Below, in pieces: positions 24,166-28,328 of a DNA stretch of 28,328 nt. The stretch spans positions 1 to 28,328 of the IMG/VR virus record IMGVR_UViG_3300037882_002358; one strand, written 5' to 3'. Made by a program: the position numbers and the translations under genes. This DNA comes from a virus. Its lineage: Duplodnaviria > Caudoviricetes. Within the stretch, counting starts at the first letter, position 1. Every line of letters starts with the position of its first letter. The notes under the pieces are model-generated. The model saw nothing but the letters and a program-made list of their open reading frames with translations. It ran no database searches and was not told where the DNA came from.

Positions 24166-26921
24166 CAACACCAAAAAAACCACCCACGAGTGTTCCTATT
24201 AACCAAGACACAAAGGGTTATGAAGAAAAACTTCAATCTCCCACAAAGAATGTCGGAACTGTAACTTCTGTATATGGCCCACGAGCAAAACCTAAGGCTG
24301 GGGCATCTGATTATCACAAAGGTGTGGACATCGCTGCTCCAACTGGCACGCCTGTATATGCATCAGCATCAGGAACAGTGACTTTTTCTGGGCAACAAAC
24401 TGGATACGGTAATCGTATTGAAATTCAACACGATAATGATACCAAGACCTCCTATAGTCACTTGTCGCAAATATTCGTCAGAACGGGTACCAACGTTGCC
24501 CAAGGTGAAATGATTGGTCGTATCGGTTCCACTGGGGTGGCAACTGGCCCACATCTTCATTATGAAGTTTATGAGGATGGAGTGAGGATTGATCCTGCAA
24601 GGGCTGGGGCGGTAACGGTTGATAAAAACAATCGATCCGATGATGCCAAAAAAATAGCGGAAAAAAGTAAGACTGAGGGTAAGTATAGCGACACTTACGT
24701 TGATGCTATAGCGGAACTCCAATACAACCAAGATGAAATAATCAAAAACTTGATATCGGGGGATCATTTCAAAGATAATCAGGCCAACGATTATCATAAT
24801 CTCACATATCATTGGCGCTTTTTTGTAACTCAAGATACGGAAGTATTGACACAAGATGCACTCACCCCCGATAGTAATGTGCAATCATTTTATCAAGAGT
24901 TAGCCAAGTATGACCAAATCGTTATTGCGGAAAGTGGTGTATCGGGATTTTCTATCGATTCTGTAACTCTTGATGCTGTGGTGGGAACAGATTTTCAAAC
25001 TGGAAGCACAAGTTTTACTAAAATAGAAATGAAAATAACTGAACCAAATGGTGCTATTTTCCTTGATGCGTTGCGCAACTCCGCACTTCAGTTAGGTATC
25101 CAGAATTATCAAAAGACATTTTATTACTTGGAATTAACGTTCAAGGGGTATGATGAAAGTGGTGAGATCGAATTGCAACCATTTGCAGATATGCCAAATG
25201 GCGGGCGATGGTTATGGTCAGTATTAATTTCCGATATTCAAGTAGCTATGTCTGCTGGTGGTGGCACATATTCCTTAACTCTACATCCAATGGCCGATTC
25301 TCTCACCGCTGGGCGTTATAATGTTATTCCAGTTACTACACAAGCATCAGGTAGCACGGTTGGGGAGTATCTTGACAATCTTTGTAAACTGATAAACGAC
25401 TATTACGTTTTAATTAATTCCGAACCCAATATTATAAAATATGATGTTCAGTTTCATAACGTCCGTGATATTATGACGGCTGAAGAAGTTCGGAATATGC
25501 CAATTGTTCCGAGTAATGTTGATCTTGCAGAAGAACGCTCATTAACATTTTCCAAAGATGGTAAAACTGCGGTAGTCTCAAAAGGATATCTCTTCAGTGA
25601 TGTTGTAGATTGTCTCATGATGGCGTGTGAGCGAGCGCAGAAGCTTGCCGTGGATATCGTGGGTAACACTTTTGATCTTAATAAAGAAACGAAGACGGGC
25701 CATAGACAATCTATTTTATGGCGAGTGGAACCAGAGATACATCATACTGGGTATGATCCCCTATATAATGATTATTGCAAAAATATCACTCTCCATATCT
25801 ATGGATTTCGTAATCATGCGGGTGTTCTCAACGATATTGAAACCAAAGCCACTGATGACGTTCAAAAGGCAATAATTGCCGATATGGCGTATAGAAACTT
25901 CTTACCTAAAAAATATGAATATATTTTCACAGGAGTTAATAGCGAAGTAATTGATATTGACCTTACCTTCAACATGTCATGGTCGGCCATCCTTCCTCGA
26001 TTAGCTGACGCTTCCATTGATCATGCGGAAGTTCAAGCAAAATCAATTCCCGATGATGTTAAAAATAAACAGTCTCCCGGATTGAAGCGGGAAGACCCAA
26101 AGACATCCAGTGAAATTGCTGCTGATGCAGTTGCCAATAATAGACTTGTGGCGGAATTACAATCCAAGAGGGAAGAATTACAAAGACAAAAAGAACTCAA
26201 GACACCCACTGGGGAATGGACAGAACAAGATGAAGCAGAGCTTCTCAAAGTTAGACAACAAGAAGTAGAAGCTAATCAAAAAGCCGTTCCAGCAATTCGT
26301 GCAGCAAAAGCAGAGCGGGCAAGATTACGAGCGAACCAACCATATGTTTCCCCAAGCAAAACATATGGTCGTGAGTATGGGGAAGATTTAACAAACCAAT
26401 CACAAGATTATGAAGAGAACCTGCGGAGAGCCTATCCAATAACTATCCAATATTTTGATCCCGATACTACAAGTGGAACAACGGGCCAATGGCATGCTGG
26501 TCAATCAATGTATGGCGCAGTTTTGAACCAAGTCTATGGACCTCTTGCTACGCAGTTTTTTCAGATTGAAATGACAGTCAGGGGTGATCCCTATTGGATA
26601 GGGGCAGGGTCGTTTGAACAATTAATCATGCGAAAATCCGATACTTTCTCAAACCAATATCCCAATTATTCTGAGGGTTGTAATGCGTTTCTATTCAAAA
26701 TGGCTTATCCATTGGGACAGGATCAAGATGGTGAATTAATCCTTAACACGAATGAAACCGTGACTGGAATTTATCAGGTAAATGGCGTGTCGCATAGATT
26801 CGATGATGGTAAGTTTACACAAGTATTAAAGGCTTATCGAATTCCTTTACTTGATGTTTATCGTTCTCTTTACAAGAAGCTGCGTCCTGAACAATTTGTC
26901 CAGCCCGAGGAGGAAAAATGA
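24162..26921 (+). CDS. Baseplate hub protein with N-terminal M23 peptidase
   Basis: M23 motifs HKGVDIAAP.GTPVYA, YSHLS and TGPHLHYEV; C-terminal VRGDPYW and GIYQVNGVSHRFDDGKFTQ resemble gp27/VgrG-type hubs. Confidence 0.75.
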   Translation: MTTPKKPPTSVPINQDTKGYEEKLQSPTKNVGTVTSVYGPRAKPKAGASDYHKGVDIAAPTGTPVYASASGTVTFSGQQTGYGNRIEIQHDNDTKTSYSHLSQIFVRTGTNVAQGEMIGRIGSTGVATGPHLHYEVYEDGVRIDPARAGAVTVDKNNRSDDAKKIAEKSKTEGKYSDTYVDAIAELQYNQDEIIKNLISGDHFKDNQANDYHNLTYHWRFFVTQDTEVLTQDALTPDSNVQSFYQELAKYDQIVIAESGVSGFSIDSVTLDAVVGTDFQTGSTSFTKIEMKITEPNGAIFLDALRNSALQLGIQNYQKTFYYLELTFKGYDESGEIELQPFADMPNGGRWLWSVLISDIQVAMSAGGGTYSLTLHPMADSLTAGRYNVIPVTTQASGSTVGEYLDNLCKLINDYYVLINSEPNIIKYDVQFHNVRDIMTAEEVRNMPIVPSNVDLAEERSLTFSKDGKTAVVSKGYLFSDVVDCLMMACERAQKLAVDIVGNTFDLNKETKTGHRQSILWRVEPEIHHTGYDPLYNDYCKNITLHIYGFRNHAGVLNDIETKATDDVQKAIIADMAYRNFLPKKYEYIFTGVNSEVIDIDLTFNMSWSAILPRLADASIDHAEVQAKSIPDDVKNKQSPGLKREDPKTSSEIAADAVANNRLVAELQSKREELQRQKELKTPTGEWTEQDEAELLKVRQQEVEANQKAVPAIRAAKAERARLRANQPYVSPSKTYGREYGEDLTNQSQDYEENLRRAYPITIQYFDPDTTSGTTGQWHAGQSMYGAVLNQVYGPLATQFFQIEMTVRGDPYWIGAGSFEQLIMRKSDTFSNQYPNYSEGCNAFLFKMAYPLGQDQDGELILNTNETVTGIYQVNGVSHRFDDGKFTQVLKAYRIPLLDVYRSLYKKLRPEQFVQPEEEK

Positions 26922-28328
26922 GCGGAATTTATACTGGACCTAAAAATAGAAAAAGCACAAAACGAATAACATCCTCTGTCTCCCAAACCGCGATACGAAT
27001 GGGGTTTGTTCGTGACAGTTCCGATCCACAAAAAATGGGAAGGTTACAGGTATGGATACCAGAATTTGGACCTGACACTGAGGGTTCGTGGATAACCTGT
27101 AGTTATGCCTCGCCTTTTGCGGGGGCAACAAATATTGCTGAAAATATTCCCGATACTCTAACCGAGGATGCTACACAGAAAAGTTATGGTTTCTGGGCTA
27201 TTCCACCAGATATTGGCAATCAAGTATTGGTATGTTTCGTTAATAACGATCCCGCAAGAGCGTTCTGGTTCGGTTGTGTATTTCAACAGAATATGAACCA
27301 CATGGTCCCGGGTATTGGTAGTAATACATCCTCTGACAGTGAACTGAATAATGCATTCGCGCCGTTTTATCCACCCGTAAGTGAATATAATAAAAAAGAT
27401 TCGGGCACCGATCCCACGAATCCCACACGACCACCATATGGAGCATTAGCACAAGGGTTGGTTACCCAAGGATTGGCACAAGATGGCGAACGAGGTTCTA
27501 CCAATAGTTCGGCAAGACGTGAAGAAACATCATTGGTTCAAGGGTGGTCAACACCCGGAGGTAATACCTTTGTTATGGATGATAACCCCGAGTGCGCATT
27601 TATACGATTGCGCACAAAGACAGGGGCACAAGTCATGGTATCGGAGACAAGTGGTTTCATTTATATGATTACCCGTGATGGTAAGTCATGGGTGGAAATA
27701 TCAGATGGCGCTGTTGAGATATTCAGCGAAGCTCCAATCTCAATTAGAAGTCAAGATGATATTAATCTCAGGGCAGATCGTCATCTTAATTTAGATGCAG
27801 GCGGTGATGTTAATATTCATGCTGCGGGGGCGATAAGAACCTTCTCAGGTGGAGATACTAATATTGCGGCTGGTGGGTCAATGGTGGGGCAGGCAAGTGG
27901 CAAATATAGTGCTATTGCGGGTTCCGATATGGCTATATCAGGGGCAACAGTTGGTGCTTCATCAAATGGTGATTTGGTTTTGAGTTCAGGTGGGGCAAAT
28001 GTCAGACATGGTGCGGAAATACTTGATAATTCTGGCGGAAGTGCTGCCGTAACTCCTGATGAGGCTCAATTTAAAGAAGCTTCATCTGTTGGTGGTGAGG
28101 GACAACCAACTATATGTTCGAGGCTACCGTCTCATGAACCGTATAACCATCCGATCAATAATACAGATGGTGGTGATGGTTCAACCATACCTGTAACTAC
28201 CGCAGATGGTAAAGTTGTTCAACAATCAATCGTCCCAGATAATAGCACGGTACGGAGTATAGCGGGATACAAAGTTTCAGATAATGTCAATGGTTGTATA
28301 ATGCAAGCAGCACAACGGGCGGGTGTCC
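26918..28328 (+). CDS. Baseplate central spike (gp5-like), truncated by window end
   Basis: Absent from the ORF track; hand translation MSGIYTG...DPQKMGRLQVWIPEF...YASPFAG...SYGFWAIPPDIGNQVLVCF (OB fold), then beta-helix-like repeats (DINLRADRHLNLDAGGDVNIHAAG); ATGA overlap and GAGGAGG Shine-Dalgarno. Confidence 0.85.
   Translation, partial: MSGIYTGPKNRKSTKRITSSVSQTAIRMGFVRDSSDPQKMGRLQVWIPEFGPDTEGSWITCSYASPFAGATNIAENIPDTLTEDATQKSYGFWAIPPDIGNQVLVCFVNNDPARAFWFGCVFQQNMNHMVPGIGSNTSSDSELNNAFAPFYPPVSEYNKKDSGTDPTNPTRPPYGALAQGLVTQGLAQDGERGSTNSSARREETSLVQGWSTPGGNTFVMDDNPECAFIRLRTKTGAQVMVSETSGFIYMITRDGKSWVEISDGAVEIFSEAPISIRSQDDINLRADRHLNLDAGGDVNIHAAGAIRTFSGGDTNIAAGGSMVGQASGKYSAIAGSDMAISGATVGASSNGDLVLSSGGANVRHGAEILDNSGGSAAVTPDEAQFKEASSVGGEGQPTICSRLPSHEPYNHPINNTDGGDGSTIPVTTADGKVVQQSIVPDNSTVRSIAGYKVSDNVNGCIMQAAQRAGV

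Noticed and set aside
748-27668. Many 60-170 aa ORFs in the track lying antisense or out of frame within larger genes (e.g. 4170-4622, 18808-19269, 24369-24884, 27240-27452)
   Set aside because: Shadow ORFs of well-supported genes, with no motifs or translation signals
1-28328. Possible TAG stop-codon reassignment: none of the genes I accept ends in TAG
   Set aside because: Conserved genes are full length in the standard code and none needs TAG read-through; TAG is rare in AT-rich phages anyway
1-28328. tRNA, rRNA, CRISPR array or transposase
   Set aside because: Intergenic gaps are short; no cloverleaf, repeat-spacer array or transposase motif was seen by eye

Overview
Dense, two-stranded segment of a large T4-superfamily (probably jumbo) myophage genome in the standard genetic code. 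The right third holds conserved core genes. On the minus strand are a gp55-type late sigma factor interrupted by a 345-aa LAGLIDADG intein, gp47 (Mre11), gp46 (Rad50) and a macro-domain gene. On the plus strand is a baseplate operon: tube/initiator-like protein, gp53-like LysM wedge, M23-peptidase/hub fusion and a truncated gp5-like spike. The left two-thirds is accessory: ATP-grasp, double-AAA ATPase, coaD, dps, two divergent NPPF DNA methyltransferases, an M15 peptidase, a SWIM-finger protein, four ADP-ribosyltransferase-like domains and orphans. Eight genes have a T4-type late promoter core (TAAATA) only 4-5 nt before the ATG, implying leaderless late mRNAs. Several late proteins begin with a shared short peptide (MRxFIN.../MLISE) and carry internal (I/L)xE sites at domain junctions. 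My inference is a capsid-packaged, prohead-protease-processed, modular effector cargo system. All product calls come from motif recognition by eye; no database search was run.
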